DNA of 64,000 bases from positions 620,001-684,000 of the forward strand of contig CP060758.1 of the NCBI GenBank assembly GCA_023205875.1. Direction: 5' to 3'. This document shows, piece by piece, positions 10,433 to 21,184 of the stretch (position 1 is the first letter of the stretch; every line of letters begins with the position of its first letter). The DNA comes from Chloropicon primus (taxonomy: Eukaryota). The notes beneath the pieces were generated by a model, which searched no databases, was not told where the DNA came from, and worked only from the letters and a program-made list of their open reading frames with translations. The position numbers were made by a program, and so were the translations under genes.

Positions 10433-11144
10433 CTTGCCCCTCGTCTTCCCTTCCCTTCAACACCTTGTTCAACGATACCGCAGGCAACACTACCACGAGG
10501 TCGCTCTCGTCCTCCAAAGTCGTAAACACAACCCCTCCGAGGGACCAACACCACCTCTGTCAACACAAACACACCCCAAAGCCCCTCTCGTCGTGGTCTT
10601 CCACCACCCTTGCCCCCTTCCCCAGCACCCACCCCAAGGCCCAAGGTCTCCCTCCTTGTCACTCCACCGGCTGAAGTCTCGACCAAAAAGCAAAAACCAA
10701 ACGTCGCAGAGGTGTTCAAACGTATCAAGCTCGTATCTTGCCGCCCTACCAGGCCTCGCTCTGGCCGCCTTGTCGTCGCACTCGAGTCTGTTCCCCTCGC
10801 TCCAAGGCGCTACCTTGTACGATGTCCTTTCATCTTTCACAAACCATTTTTGAACCGAACGTCCCGCGGCTAAACGGTGGGATCACAAAAAGGTGTAAAG
10901 CCGGAGGCGAGAGAGAGAGAGAGGGAGAGGTGAGGAGAGGTGAGTCATCGGAGATAGGGCGGCAGCGTGGGTGGGAGGCGTGGTAGGAACCGGGTCATTC
11001 GGATCAAGGATGAATTCCTCGTGTCTTCCTCTTTCGAACGACACCTCGTTTGGAAGGAATGGTGGAGATTTTGGTATCTAACGCTTCCTGTTTTCCTTTC
11101 ATGTTGTTGTTGTTGTTGTTGATGATGATGATGGGCAGAGACCC

Positions 11145-12635
11145 ATGGAAGGAGGAGGCGCAGAAGAGGTCGACGTTGTGGGGGATCTCGATCCCCTGGC
11201 GGCCGGAGGAGGAGGAGGCAATGGCACAGAGGAGGACGCTCCAGTCGATGCGAAGGCCGCGAAGCCTCGCGTGTCTTTCATGCAGATCGCCGCGTCGCCC
11301 ACTCTGGCGAGGGCAGCCATGGTGCAGTCCGCAGGGTTCGCGGAAGACGAGGGGCTCGTGTCAGCGATAGCGTCCGACCCGAAGGAGGACTACAGCGGGG
11401 ACGTGCTGGGCGCGGTGGCGGCTGCCGTCCAGAGGGAGTCCAAAGTGGACAACGTCGTTGCCAGGCGAATGCTCGAGAGGGCCCTCCTGGTGAGGAAGAC
11501 GCTCGAGAAGTGCTCCAAGTTCCTCAAGGACGCTGCGAGGGCGAGGTACCAGTGCACGCTGTCTGCGACGATGGCGTCCCGATCGATGCTGGACTATATT
11601 GCCCGTCTGAACCAGCAGAGCCAGCACCAGGACGATTTCGAGGGGGCGAACAAAGGGGCGGAGAGCGCAGGAAACGGCGGGGGCTCTCGCAGCGGCTTCT
11701 CCGAGGTTGGGCACACGTTCGTTCGGCGGCTGGAGCAAGTGATCGTTCCCCCGCCCTGCATCGAGGAGGATCCCAAGTGCAGGCAGCAGCTCGTCGCGGC
11801 CCACAAGCTGCTGGAGCTGTCCCGGGCCATCCACTCGGTGGTGAAGGACCTCGAGAGCCACAACAAGACCTCTCCGAGCGCTTCGGAGATTCTCAAGCTC
11901 AAGGACTCCGCGGTGACGCTGGGCGGTCTGAGGGACCCCTGGCTGGCGGAGTGCGAGTACAACGTCCTCCTCCGTCAGGCCCTCCTCGCGAACAGGGAGA
12001 GGAGAGGCCTTCTGGAGAGGATGACCGAGCTCGTGGAACAGAAGCAGGTGAGCGTCCTCCACAACGCGATATCGGCGGCGGAGGCAACGGTACTGAGGGA
12101 GGACCAGTACTTTACAAAATTCGATGCCGACTGGGACAAGCTGGCCCTGCACGAGGGGGAGAGGAGCTCGTCCGTCTCGGAGACCAACCAAGCGGGAAAC
12201 TCCGTGGATCTCCTCCTCGAGCAGAGGCTCGTGGAGTGCGCCGGTGGCCTGTTCGACGACAAGAGGGGGGATCTGATCAAGGTGGGGGTGCTTGAGATCC
12301 AGCTTGCGACCTCGACCTCCTCGAGGTCGGAGAGCGGCGGCGGGTCCGCCTCGGCTTGGCAAACGGTGCGGGGCTGCGTCACCAGAAGCGGGAACTTCTG
12401 CTGGTTCTCGGGACTGATTCCGACTCCGAACGGACTCGACGGCGTCCTGGTCCCGGACGCCGTCATCAACCTCAAGAGCCTTTCCGTGGAGCCGGAGGAG
12501 GCCCCGAACTTCGACTTGGTTGAGTCGGGCTCCTGGGGCCGCACAAAGAGGAGGTACAAGTTCAGGGCGATGAACGTGGAGGACTCCGTGGACTGGATCT
12601 TGCTGTTCAAGGAGGGCCACCAATCCCGGTCCTAG
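11145..12635 (+). CDS. Helical (BAR-like?) + C-terminal PH-domain protein
   Basis: C-term IKVGVLE...WQTVRGCVTRSGNFCWF...PDAVINL...YKFRAMNVEDSVDWILLF fits the PH-domain pattern; helical N-terminal half. Confidence 0.7.
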   Translation: MEGGGAEEVDVVGDLDPLAAGGGGGNGTEEDAPVDAKAAKPRVSFMQIAASPTLARAAMVQSAGFAEDEGLVSAIASDPKEDYSGDVLGAVAAAVQRESKVDNVVARRMLERALLVRKTLEKCSKFLKDAARARYQCTLSATMASRSMLDYIARLNQQSQHQDDFEGANKGAESAGNGGGSRSGFSEVGHTFVRRLEQVIVPPPCIEEDPKCRQQLVAAHKLLELSRAIHSVVKDLESHNKTSPSASEILKLKDSAVTLGGLRDPWLAECEYNVLLRQALLANRERRGLLERMTELVEQKQVSVLHNAISAAEATVLREDQYFTKFDADWDKLALHEGERSSSVSETNQAGNSVDLLLEQRLVECAGGLFDDKRGDLIKVGVLEIQLATSTSSRSESGGGSASAWQTVRGCVTRSGNFCWFSGLIPTPNGLDGVLVPDAVINLKSLSVEPEEAPNFDLVESGSWGRTKRRYKFRAMNVEDSVDWILLFKEGHQSRS

Positions 12636-12789
12636 AGGGACGGGACCGAGGGAGCGCAGCGCCGATCCCCCTTTTTCAAGTTGGGGAGTTTGTTACAATA
12701 AACAAAAGCATATTTATTATTGATTATGAACTATGGATGGACACCGACAACCTTGATTGTACAATAAACGACATCGACGTCGTCGGCAA

Positions 12790-13203
12790 TTAGCTTAACA
12801 GGTAGCTTATGTATACCACTTGCCTGTATATGCTAAATATAATGAACAAGAATACTAGAAAGGCGACGAGGTTGAAGACACACCTCTCCCAAGGGTCGAG
12901 CATATACAGCCCAAAAGTTATGTTGTACTTGAAGATAGTGTCGTCCACCCAGCTGCGCGAGCACAAAAGCAGAGACAAAGAGGAGAAGAGCTCGTCAGAG
13001 AAAAGTGGCGACCATGACAGGCGAACCAGACAGGCAGGTCCTTGGACTTACGACTTCATTGTTTCTGTTACGCTAAGCACTTGATCCCTATCCCTCTGCT
13101 TGCGCTTCTTCAGCTCTTTCAACTCCGGGTCGCTCACCCCGTCGCCTGACGCCCCAGCGCCCAACTCGTCCCCCTTCTTTCGCAATGATGCTCGCGTCCT
13201 CAT
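12790..13203 (-). CDS. ssSPT: Serine palmitoyltransferase small subunit; exons 13203-13052, 12952-12790
   Basis: WVDDTIFKYNITFGLYMLDPWERCVFN plus one TM helix is the ssSPT signature. A GTAAGT..GCAG intron (13051-12953) joins MKS to WVDD in frame. The start could be 13203 or 13059. Confidence 0.85.
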
Positions 13204-13680
13204 CTTCTCCCTCCCTTCCCCCCTTGAACAATCAAAACCAATCCAACCAAAGTATCCCCCGTCCAAGAAACACAAACCAAACCAAGCCCCCGAAGATGCT
13301 GAGGTCTGAGGTGTAGTGTGACGTGACGCTACGCTCCGTCGATGCTAAACCGTCCCCTCCCCCTCGCCGCGCGAGGGACCCGAGCCAAAACCAGAAAACC
13401 TTTGCCCCGCCGCGTCCAGAGGTTCGCCGCGCTCCGCTCCTTTTTCTTCTGTCTCACGAATTTCGAATTCCCTCGTCCTCGTCCTCGTCGATCGGAGAGC
13501 GGAGAGGACAGAGAGGGGTGTGCGTTTCGGGGTGGTGCGGTCCGTGAGGGGAGGGGTGCGACGGTTGTGTACATAAAACGAAAGAGCGTCTCGTGGGCTT
13601 TCCAACGGTGTGTCGCTTGCTCGGTTTCGCACAGGGGAAGACGTTTCGTGGCTTGAGTTTTGGGTTTGCCACCGTGGAGG

Positions 13681-14820
13681 ATGAGGATGAGGATGAGGTT
13701 GAAGGGGGTGGGAGGATGGGCGACGGGGTCGGCGAGGAGGGTGTCTACTCGGGTGTCTCCGCGCCAGGTGGTCCGTCCCTCCGGGGCTTGCGGGCGTCTT
13801 CGCGCCAAGAGGGAGGACGAGGGAGAGGCGTGGGAGGAGTACCAGTGGAGGAAGGAGGAGAGGAGGAGCCAGAACGGGAACGGGGCGACCGGAGCGAGGG
13901 GGGAGAATGCGGCCGGGAGGCGGCCCGGCGCCTTGTCTACGGAAGATGAGGGGACCTGGAGGGAGCAGGGGTTCGCGTTCTACCAGAACCGGCGCTCGAG
14001 CGCGGAGGATGAATTCGCGGCGTGGGACTGGGGTCACGTGAACAAGGAGGACGCGGACTTCAACCCGGTCTGGACCTGCATAAGGAAGGAGGCGGAGGAG
14101 GAGTCCAGCGCCGAACCCCTCCTGAGCTCACGGATGTACTCCTCGGTGCTGAGCCACCAGAGCTTTGAGATGGCCTTGGCGAACATCTTGGCGAACGGCA
14201 TCGGGGACAAGAACCTCCTGCCTTGCCAACTCATCCACATTTTTCTCAGCAGCTTGCAGAAGGACAAGATCAGAACGGCGGCCCTTTTGGACTTGCAGGT
14301 GACCAAGGACAGGGATCCCGCCTGCAAGAGCTACCTCGAGGCCCTTGTGAACTTCAAGGGGTATCACGCGCTCCAGCTGCACAGGATTTCCCACGACTGT
14401 TACTCGGCCGGGAGGGTGGTGATGGCGCAGATGCTCCAGTCGAGGTCGAGCGAGGTGTACGGCGTGGACATCCACCCAGGGGCCAAGTTCGGCAAGGGGA
14501 TTCTCATCGACCACGGGACGGGGGTTGTGGTCGGGGAGACCGCCGTGATCGGCGACAACAGCTCGCTGCTCCAGGGGGTCACCCTTGGAGGGACAGGGAA
14601 GGCGTCGGGGGACAGGCACCCCAAGCTGGGCAACAACGTCCTCATAGGCGCGCAGGCTACTGTGCTGGGAAACATCTCGATCGGGGAGGGGAGCATGATC
14701 GCCGCCGGGTCCGTGGTGCTGAAGGACGTGCCGGCCAACACCCTCATCGCGGGGATACCCGCCAAAGTCGTGGGGTCCACCAAGGGAAACCCTGCTACGC
14801 TGATGGATCAGTTATTGTAA
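13681..14820 (+). CDS. SAT: Serine O-acetyltransferase with R/S-rich organellar transit peptide
   Basis: RDPAC, FKGYHALQLHRISH, VDIHPGAKFGKGILIDHGTGVVVGETAVIG, GGTGK..GDRHPK and hexapeptide repeats. The first ATG is 13681 (the track starts at a TTG). Confidence 0.95.
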   Translation: MRMRMRLKGVGGWATGSARRVSTRVSPRQVVRPSGACGRLRAKREDEGEAWEEYQWRKEERRSQNGNGATGARGENAAGRRPGALSTEDEGTWREQGFAFYQNRRSSAEDEFAAWDWGHVNKEDADFNPVWTCIRKEAEEESSAEPLLSSRMYSSVLSHQSFEMALANILANGIGDKNLLPCQLIHIFLSSLQKDKIRTAALLDLQVTKDRDPACKSYLEALVNFKGYHALQLHRISHDCYSAGRVVMAQMLQSRSSEVYGVDIHPGAKFGKGILIDHGTGVVVGETAVIGDNSSLLQGVTLGGTGKASGDRHPKLGNNVLIGAQATVLGNISIGEGSMIAAGSVVLKDVPANTLIAGIPAKVVGSTKGNPATLMDQLL

Positions 14821-14866
14821 TGTGCGTGTTTTACGTCCCCTTATGTATGTTATTTTGGAAGTGTTG

Positions 14867-15266
14867 TCACTTTCTCGTTCTGAACCTCGGGCTGCTTCGG
14901 GTGGGGAAGGACTTCTCTAGCCCCCGCTTCACTCTCTTTTGGGATGGGCTCCTCTCCCCATTCTCATCTTCTTCGGGCTCTGACTGCAGAGGCTCCATGA
15001 TCAGGTTCACTTCCTCCAGAATTTCGTTGCACGTCATCTCCTTCAACAAGGAGGACTCCTCCGAGGAGCCTCCAAAGCTGCAAACCGGTGTAGCGGTGTC
15101 TCCGCCGCTGTGATAGCCAGGTGATCATCGCCATCCTCGTCAATCAGGAAAAACCGTTTCCCCCTCCTCTCGCCCTCGAGCTTGAACCTCTCCTCCGCCG
15201 ATCTTCCCCCCCCATCACCGAGAGCGGCACCGTCACTATCTTCGGGATCTCCTCCTCTCCCACCAT
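14867..15266 (-). pseudogene. Possible small frameshifted gene or pseudogene
   Basis: Coding-looking segments in three successive frames: MVGEEEIPKIVTV / EERFKLEGERRGKRFFLIDEDGDDHLAITAAE / LLKEMTCNEILEEVNLIMEP...RTRK*. The first shift lies at a G8 run. Confidence 0.3.
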
Positions 15267-15496
15267 CCTATCCTTGCAATCCATCCATCAAAATCCTTGT
15301 TTTTGAAAAGATGTCTCATCTTGTCTTTGGGACACGACACTCCCAAGGTGTCGTACAGTGAAGTGAGGTTTGTGCCAACAGCAGGACTGGGACAGGGCCA
15401 GTGTGGCGTGGAGCAAGGAGACCCTTCCCCCTTTTCGTTTTGGAAGGAGGTGCATCCCTGGGCTAGCCGTCCGCCTGCCGTACGACTCGAGGAGCC

Positions 15497-17488
15497 ATGA
15501 GCAGGAGGGGGCTGGTTCTGGTGAAGGAGAAGCTCTTGGAGGTGAGGAGCGAGAGGGACTTGGCGTCCAAGGTGAGGGGAAGGTTCGCGGCTGTGAGCGC
15601 GAACGGGTACGCGTACACGGCAACGAGCAATGGGGCCATCGTCCAAAGCCACTTGGGCAAGGACGGCTCGAGAGCCAAGGAGGTTCTGTACAGGATCCAC
15701 GAGGTGAGGGGGCAGCCGGTGGAGAGCTCCTTCAGAATATTGAGGCCGTTCACCACCTTCCAGCTGGCGAGGGGTCGAGCCGGGGGCGATTCGGAGAACT
15801 TTGTCTTCACGCTCGCTGGCCAGAGGCGGATCATGATAGCCCAGGTTCCTCAGGGTGTCCTGAATGTGGCTTACCAAGTTCACCTACTGGGGTCCCACGC
15901 GGCTCCGGTCACCTGCACAGCCATCCAGAACGAGGACGCGCTCTTGGCTAGCTACTCTTCAGAGGACTGCTTGAAGGTCTGGGACCTCGAGAGTGGGGCC
16001 GAGATGGCCTCAGCAGTCCGAGTCAGCGTGGGAGGCGTCACCAGTCTGGGCTTTGGGTTCAGAAACAAAATTCTGAGCGGCGATTCGGACGGGACCGTGT
16101 GTCTCTGGGCCGTGAACTCCAGCACGAAGTCTCTGACCAGGTTGCAGAACTTGAGGATACCAATTGGGGTCATGCCCATATCGAGCCTCAGCGCTTGCAT
16201 GGTCATCGAGAGGAACCACAAGAACGAGGCACAGGCGGGGGAGAGGTTCATGAGCAAGCTCTGGATAGGAGCTGGGGCAGAGGACGGGAGCTTCTACGTT
16301 TGGTCCGCGAATGGGGAGGAGGAGAAGTGGGACCTCGTCAAGTCACAGCAATACGTGAGGAGCGCGTCTATAGGGTGTCTGCACTTCGATTCCGTCCACA
16401 ACACCTTGCTTGTCAGCGGCTGGAGCACCATCAAGACGCCAGCAGTGTTCGTTTACTCGATCCCAAGCTTCAAGTGCATCGGCGTGTGTGATCTCAAGTC
16501 GCCTGCCCTTCTCCTTGAGCCGAGGACAAGGTTGCAGGTGGTGGCCTGCTTGGAGAACCTGGTGGTCGAGAAGGTGGCAGTGCCCAAGGCGACTGGGAAG
16601 GAGGCGGAAGAGAGACCAGAAGCGAGTATTTCTGAGACGATTGAGGCGGAGAGTCCGGAAGCCAGCCCGGACAAGTCAACGGGTGATTCCGAGGCAACCG
16701 ACAACGGAGGCAGCAACGAAGGGGCTGTTGAGCCTGGCGAGGAAGCTGTGAGGATGGCGAGCGGCCCTGCTCCAAGGCAGATGCCCCAGGAAATTCAGGA
16801 CCTGATCAACAAGCTCAAGTCCAAGCCGTCCACTGTGCCCGGGCCTCAACCTCGGCAGGTGCCAAAAGCCGTGATAGATGAGGTTTGCTCAACAAGCAGC
16901 ACGGGCGCTGCAGTCGCTGCCAGGCCTGCGCCTCAGCACGCACAGACCCTTGGTCCTCGGAGCAGCCTACGAAAGGAGGCTGCGCCTGCCGCTTGCAACG
17001 ACCTCAGCCTTCGATCAGCGGACGAGAAGAAGAAGAAAAGGAAGAAGAAAAAGAAGAAGGCAAAGCACGTGGAAGCTGTTGCGAAGAGCACCAACGAGCT
17101 CGCCCAGCCTCGACTTTGCTCAACTGCGATGCTGAGGGACAAGATACATTCCATGGAGGACGCCTCATTCAGCCCGTCCGAGGCTCTGGTGGAGGAGTGC
17201 AGGGAAAAGGCGGTGAAAAAGGCGATGGCTAGCTCGAACGTTCTTGTGCCCAGGAAAATCAGCAAACTGTACAACGGCCTCGCTCCAATTATTGACAAGG
17301 TTCCCGGGAAGAAGGTCAGAAAGGTGGGCAAGCAAGTTGACCCCTCGTGGGCTCAATCGATTAAGGTCAAGCCCAAAGTCACGGACTGCTGGCGAGACCG
17401 AGTGCCTCAAATTTGTGAGCTGGAAGTCAAATCCGTCCCGAGCTACAACGACCTTCAGGAAGTACACAGTAGGATCGCGATGTTCTGA
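15497..17488 (+). CDS. WD40-repeat protein with low-complexity, Lys-rich C-terminus
   Basis: SHAAPVTC...LKVWDL, ILSGDSDGTVCLWA and GAEDGSFYVWS repeats; KKKKRKKKKKK stretch. Confidence 0.8.
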   Translation: MSRRGLVLVKEKLLEVRSERDLASKVRGRFAAVSANGYAYTATSNGAIVQSHLGKDGSRAKEVLYRIHEVRGQPVESSFRILRPFTTFQLARGRAGGDSENFVFTLAGQRRIMIAQVPQGVLNVAYQVHLLGSHAAPVTCTAIQNEDALLASYSSEDCLKVWDLESGAEMASAVRVSVGGVTSLGFGFRNKILSGDSDGTVCLWAVNSSTKSLTRLQNLRIPIGVMPISSLSACMVIERNHKNEAQAGERFMSKLWIGAGAEDGSFYVWSANGEEEKWDLVKSQQYVRSASIGCLHFDSVHNTLLVSGWSTIKTPAVFVYSIPSFKCIGVCDLKSPALLLEPRTRLQVVACLENLVVEKVAVPKATGKEAEERPEASISETIEAESPEASPDKSTGDSEATDNGGSNEGAVEPGEEAVRMASGPAPRQMPQEIQDLINKLKSKPSTVPGPQPRQVPKAVIDEVCSTSSTGAAVAARPAPQHAQTLGPRSSLRKEAAPAACNDLSLRSADEKKKKRKKKKKKAKHVEAVAKSTNELAQPRLCSTAMLRDKIHSMEDASFSPSEALVEECREKAVKKAMASSNVLVPRKISKLYNGLAPIIDKVPGKKVRKVGKQVDPSWAQSIKVKPKVTDCWRDRVPQICELEVKSVPSYNDLQEVHSRIAMF

Positions 17489-17896
17489 GGACGGCTCCTT
17501 ACAACGGACGAGGTTCCAACTCTAAACGGATTCGGTTTTAACCCCTTGGTCTACACGATGTACAATAATCATCACTTTCCTTCTCAACATCTCTCGATAT
17601 TGATGGTCCGAAGCAAGTTGGTCACGCTGTGAGGCTGAACCCGAAGTCCTCGCTCCATCCATCAATGAGGCACTTGCTCCCATCCACATCCACATCAACA
17701 TCCGTGGCTTCCTTCCCCCTATGTGTCTGCTTGTCTGGTCCGTGTCCTCCATCCTCCAGGCCAGCTGGACTGCGGATGACTCAAACGCTTCGCTTTCCCG
17801 CTCGAAGCGGTGATTGGTACGACAATACGACAGACAGAGGGAGGTCGAGGTCGAAGTGGGAGGAGGTTAAGGTTGAGCAAGAGAAAGGGAGGCACC

Positions 17897-19557
17897 ATGC
17901 CGAGAGAGATGGTTACGATTCAGGTGGGGCAGTGCGGAAACCAGATAGGTTGCAGGTTCTGGGAGCTTGCCCTTCGTGAACACCTGTCCTCGCCTGAAAA
18001 GAGCAGAATGGCTACGTCCACGTCGAGTCAGGAGTACGACGACGCCATGAGCTCGTTCTTCGCGAACGACCCGCCTGATGAGGACCACCTGTATGAGGGG
18101 TGGAAGAAGACGATGATTGGCCAGTTGAGGGCTCGTGCCATTCTAGTGGACATGGAAGAGAGCGTGGTGGACAGGCTGCAGAGGATGCCCCAGATCGGAA
18201 ATCTCTTCAACAACCAGATGCGTTTGACGGACGTCAGTGGCTCGGGGAATAACTGGGCCCATGGCTTCATGGAGTACGGCTCGAAATACCAGGAGCAGTT
18301 TCTGGACCGTGTAAGTTGGGCTTGGCTCCCGTTCGAGAGAGCAGCGGCAACTCCCCCCGGTTCGCCTTCTCTCATCTTTCCCTCCTCAGCCCCTTTCCCT
18401 TCTCACTGAAACTTGCTGGTCATCGTTTGGCATCTCAGGTGAGGCTCAGCGTGGAGGAGTGCTCGTCCATCCAATCGTTCTTCATGATGCACTCACTGGG
18501 TGGAGGCACGGGGAGTGGGTTCGGCAGCAAAATCTTGGAGTCCCTCGAGGACAGTTTCCCCAAAATAACGAGATTCGCTTGTTCCGTCTTTCCAAACGAC
18601 GACGACGACGTGATAACGTCGCCTTACAACGCGTTGCTCTCGGCCAACAAGCTCATTGAGCACGCGGACTGCGTCTTCCCCGTGGACAACCAAGCGCTCA
18701 TTGACATCTGCAACCACATCGATTCGCATAAGAAGAAGAGCCAGAGGAGCACTGGGTTTAGGTCCTCCTCTCGCATGAGGAGGCAGGACCAGCAATCGGT
18801 GACCGGTCCAGACCAACAGAGCTCGGGCGACACGTATCACAAGATGAACGGGATAGCTGCGAACATGCTTTTGGATTTGACCGCGTCTGTTCGCTTCGAG
18901 GGCACGCTCAACATGGATCTCAGCGAGCTGCCGATGAACGTGGTGCCTTACCAAAGGATGCACTTCCTGAGCTGTGGCCTGGCACCTCTCTTCCCACCCC
19001 AGCAGACCTTGGACATTTCGAGGAACCCGGGCAGCCAAAGGGCCTTGGCAGACATGGACAAGTCTTTCGGCAGCGCGCACTCCTCGCCCGTCAATCAACT
19101 GATGAGGAGCCCCGTGCCAGCCAAGTCGAGCACGTACCTTGCGAGCGCTATCCTGACGAGGGGCGAGGGAATCAGGGTCGCCGACTTGGAGAGGAACGTG
19201 AAGAAGCTCCAGTCTCAGGTGAACATGGTGTACTGGAACACCGAAGGCTTCAAGGTCAGCATGTGCTCCAGACCTCCGGTGAATATGCCGTATTCGATCC
19301 TCTCGGTGTCCAACAATTGCTGCTTCAGGCACACCCTTTCTGCGATGCACACGAAGTTCAACAGGCTTTACAAGGCCAAGGCGTATGTCCAGCACTACGA
19401 GGACTATGGGATGTCCCGGACCGACTTTGACGAGGCTTGCAACAACGTGCTCGGCGTCGTGAGCGAGTACGCGACTCTGGAGGGAAAGACTCACCCGCCG
19501 GCGAACCCAAAGAGGAGGCTCAAGCCCGTTGGACTCAATTTTGTGCCAGAGTACTAG
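17897..19557 (+). CDS. TUBE1: Epsilon-tubulin; exons 17897-18310, 18439-19557
   Basis: MPREMVTIQVGQCGNQIGCRFWELALREH, RARAILVDMEE, SGSGNNWAHG, HSLGGGTGSG, DDDVITSPYN, RFEGTLNMD; phase-0 GTAAGT..TCAG intron. Confidence 0.9.
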
Positions 19558-19672
19558 CAGCACTCGCAACTGCGGCCCTTGTACAAACAAGTGTGACGTG
19601 AAAAACCGTTTGTATATATTATTATTGTAAGGAATCAATGAATATTTCGTTCGATCGACAAGGAGGATTTCC

Positions 19673-20145
19673 TCAGAAGAGTCCGAGCCACTTCTTGCCC
19701 TCGCCGCCCAAGAACGCATACTTGGGCTTCGCGGTGGCCGCCTTCGCCTCCTCCCTCAGCCGCGTGTCGCGCTCTATGAGCTTTTTGTCCCACTCGTCTT
19801 GTCCCATCGGCTAATCGAGGTGGCCAGGGCAATTCATCAAGTCGGGTTTGTGGACAAAGGAAACAACAATACGAGGAGAGAAGCAGAACCAAAGAACAAA
19901 CAAGATCGTCAGCAGCGTCCCACGCCAGAACTCGCTTCCCTCTCCCCCGACGACGCCAAACTCCCTCCCCATGCGAGGAGGACAACACCATTTTTGTTGG
20001 GGCCGTCCTCTTTTTGTGTTTGTTGGTCTCTTCTTCTTACCTTTGGCTTTCCGTAGATGATATTGTTTCCTGCGTACTGCAAGCCCGCCATGGCGCAAAA
20101 GGCTCCGACGATGATAATGAATGGTGGGGCCGACTCGTACGGCAT
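19673..20145 (-). CDS. NDUFA1: Mitochondrial complex I subunit NDUFA1 (MWFE); exons 20145-20041, 19810-19673
   Basis: Spliced product MPYESAPPFIIIVGAFCAMAGLQY...YGKPK|PMGQDEWDKKLIERD...WLGLF* matches the GxPK..G.D.WD...ERD pattern. Confidence 0.85.
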
Positions 20146-20443
20146 GGTTGCGCACCCTCTCTCTCTCTCTCTCTCTCTCTCTTGACCTCCGCCGCTCTCT
20201 CCGAGGAGTGAAGCGCTCGCTCGGAATGGATTTTTCCAATTCTAAAGCGCTCGAGGGAGGGGAGGGGACGAGAGGTGAGTGTTGGAGAGGGCGGGGACGA
20301 GGGGGACGAGAGGTGAGGCGGTGGTGGTGGGAGTGAGTGAAAGAATCAGGTCGTTGTCTTTCGAATGACCCGCGCCTGGAGGAGAATAGTGAGCTGAACG
20401 AAGAGTATTTGCGATTTGCTCATTCAGGAAGGAAACGGGTGGG

Positions 20444-21115
20444 ATGGAGGCAGAGGGAGGTGCAGGGGCTTCTACCTCTTCATCTTCGTTGGAGAGGGAG
20501 GTGGAGGCGTTGCGACGGAGTCGAGAGAGTCTCGCGTTGGAGAGTAAGCGCTTGAAAGATGCTCTGAGCGAGCGGGACGCGGAGGAGGAGGCCAGGCGGG
20601 AGGAGGAGGGGGAAAGGTACCGTGCCCAGGTCAGGACACAGGAGAACAACAACAGGATACTTCTGAGCGAACTGGAGTCCCAGGAGCTTGAGATTGAGCG
20701 ACTGTTCAAGGACAACCACGCGCTGGCCTCGCAATTGGACGAGGCGAGGGAGATGAACGCGAGCTGGAAAGAGCTTTGCGAGGACCTCTCTGGCCAGAAC
20801 GAGAGGCTGCAGGAGATGCTGCAGGAGAGCGCGGCCTGGTCTGTGGAAACCTTGCAGGCCTCCTCGGAAGGGGGGGAGGGCGACGAGCTGGTGAGGCTCA
20901 GAGAGCAGGTCTCCCAGTTTGAGAGGATGTACAGGGAGGAGCAGGCCAACAGCGCCAAGAGGGAAAACCAGGTGAAGCGCCTGGAGACCACGAGACTCCA
21001 ACTGACGGAGGAAAAAGTACAAGTTCGGAACACCTTTGTTCCTATCCTTGCCACCATAGAAGACAGGCTTCTCAAGCTGCAGCAGGCCCGGAAGAGCCGA
21101 GGCTTGCTTCAGTGA
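20444..21115 (+). CDS. Coiled-coil protein, resembling the C-terminal part of plant MEE13/myosin-heavy-chain-related proteins
   Basis: SQELEIERLFKDN...W...L..QNERL and PILATIEDRLLKL recalled as similar to the plant family; followed by TGTAA. Confidence 0.65.
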   Translation: MEAEGGAGASTSSSSLEREVEALRRSRESLALESKRLKDALSERDAEEEARREEEGERYRAQVRTQENNNRILLSELESQELEIERLFKDNHALASQLDEAREMNASWKELCEDLSGQNERLQEMLQESAAWSVETLQASSEGGEGDELVRLREQVSQFERMYREEQANSAKRENQVKRLETTRLQLTEEKVQVRNTFVPILATIEDRLLKLQQARKSRGLLQ

Positions 21116-21184
21116 GACGCGCATTTTGTTTTTTGTAAACTATTCATTACACAACAACTGCAAGAGGAAGATAAACGGCCCCTC

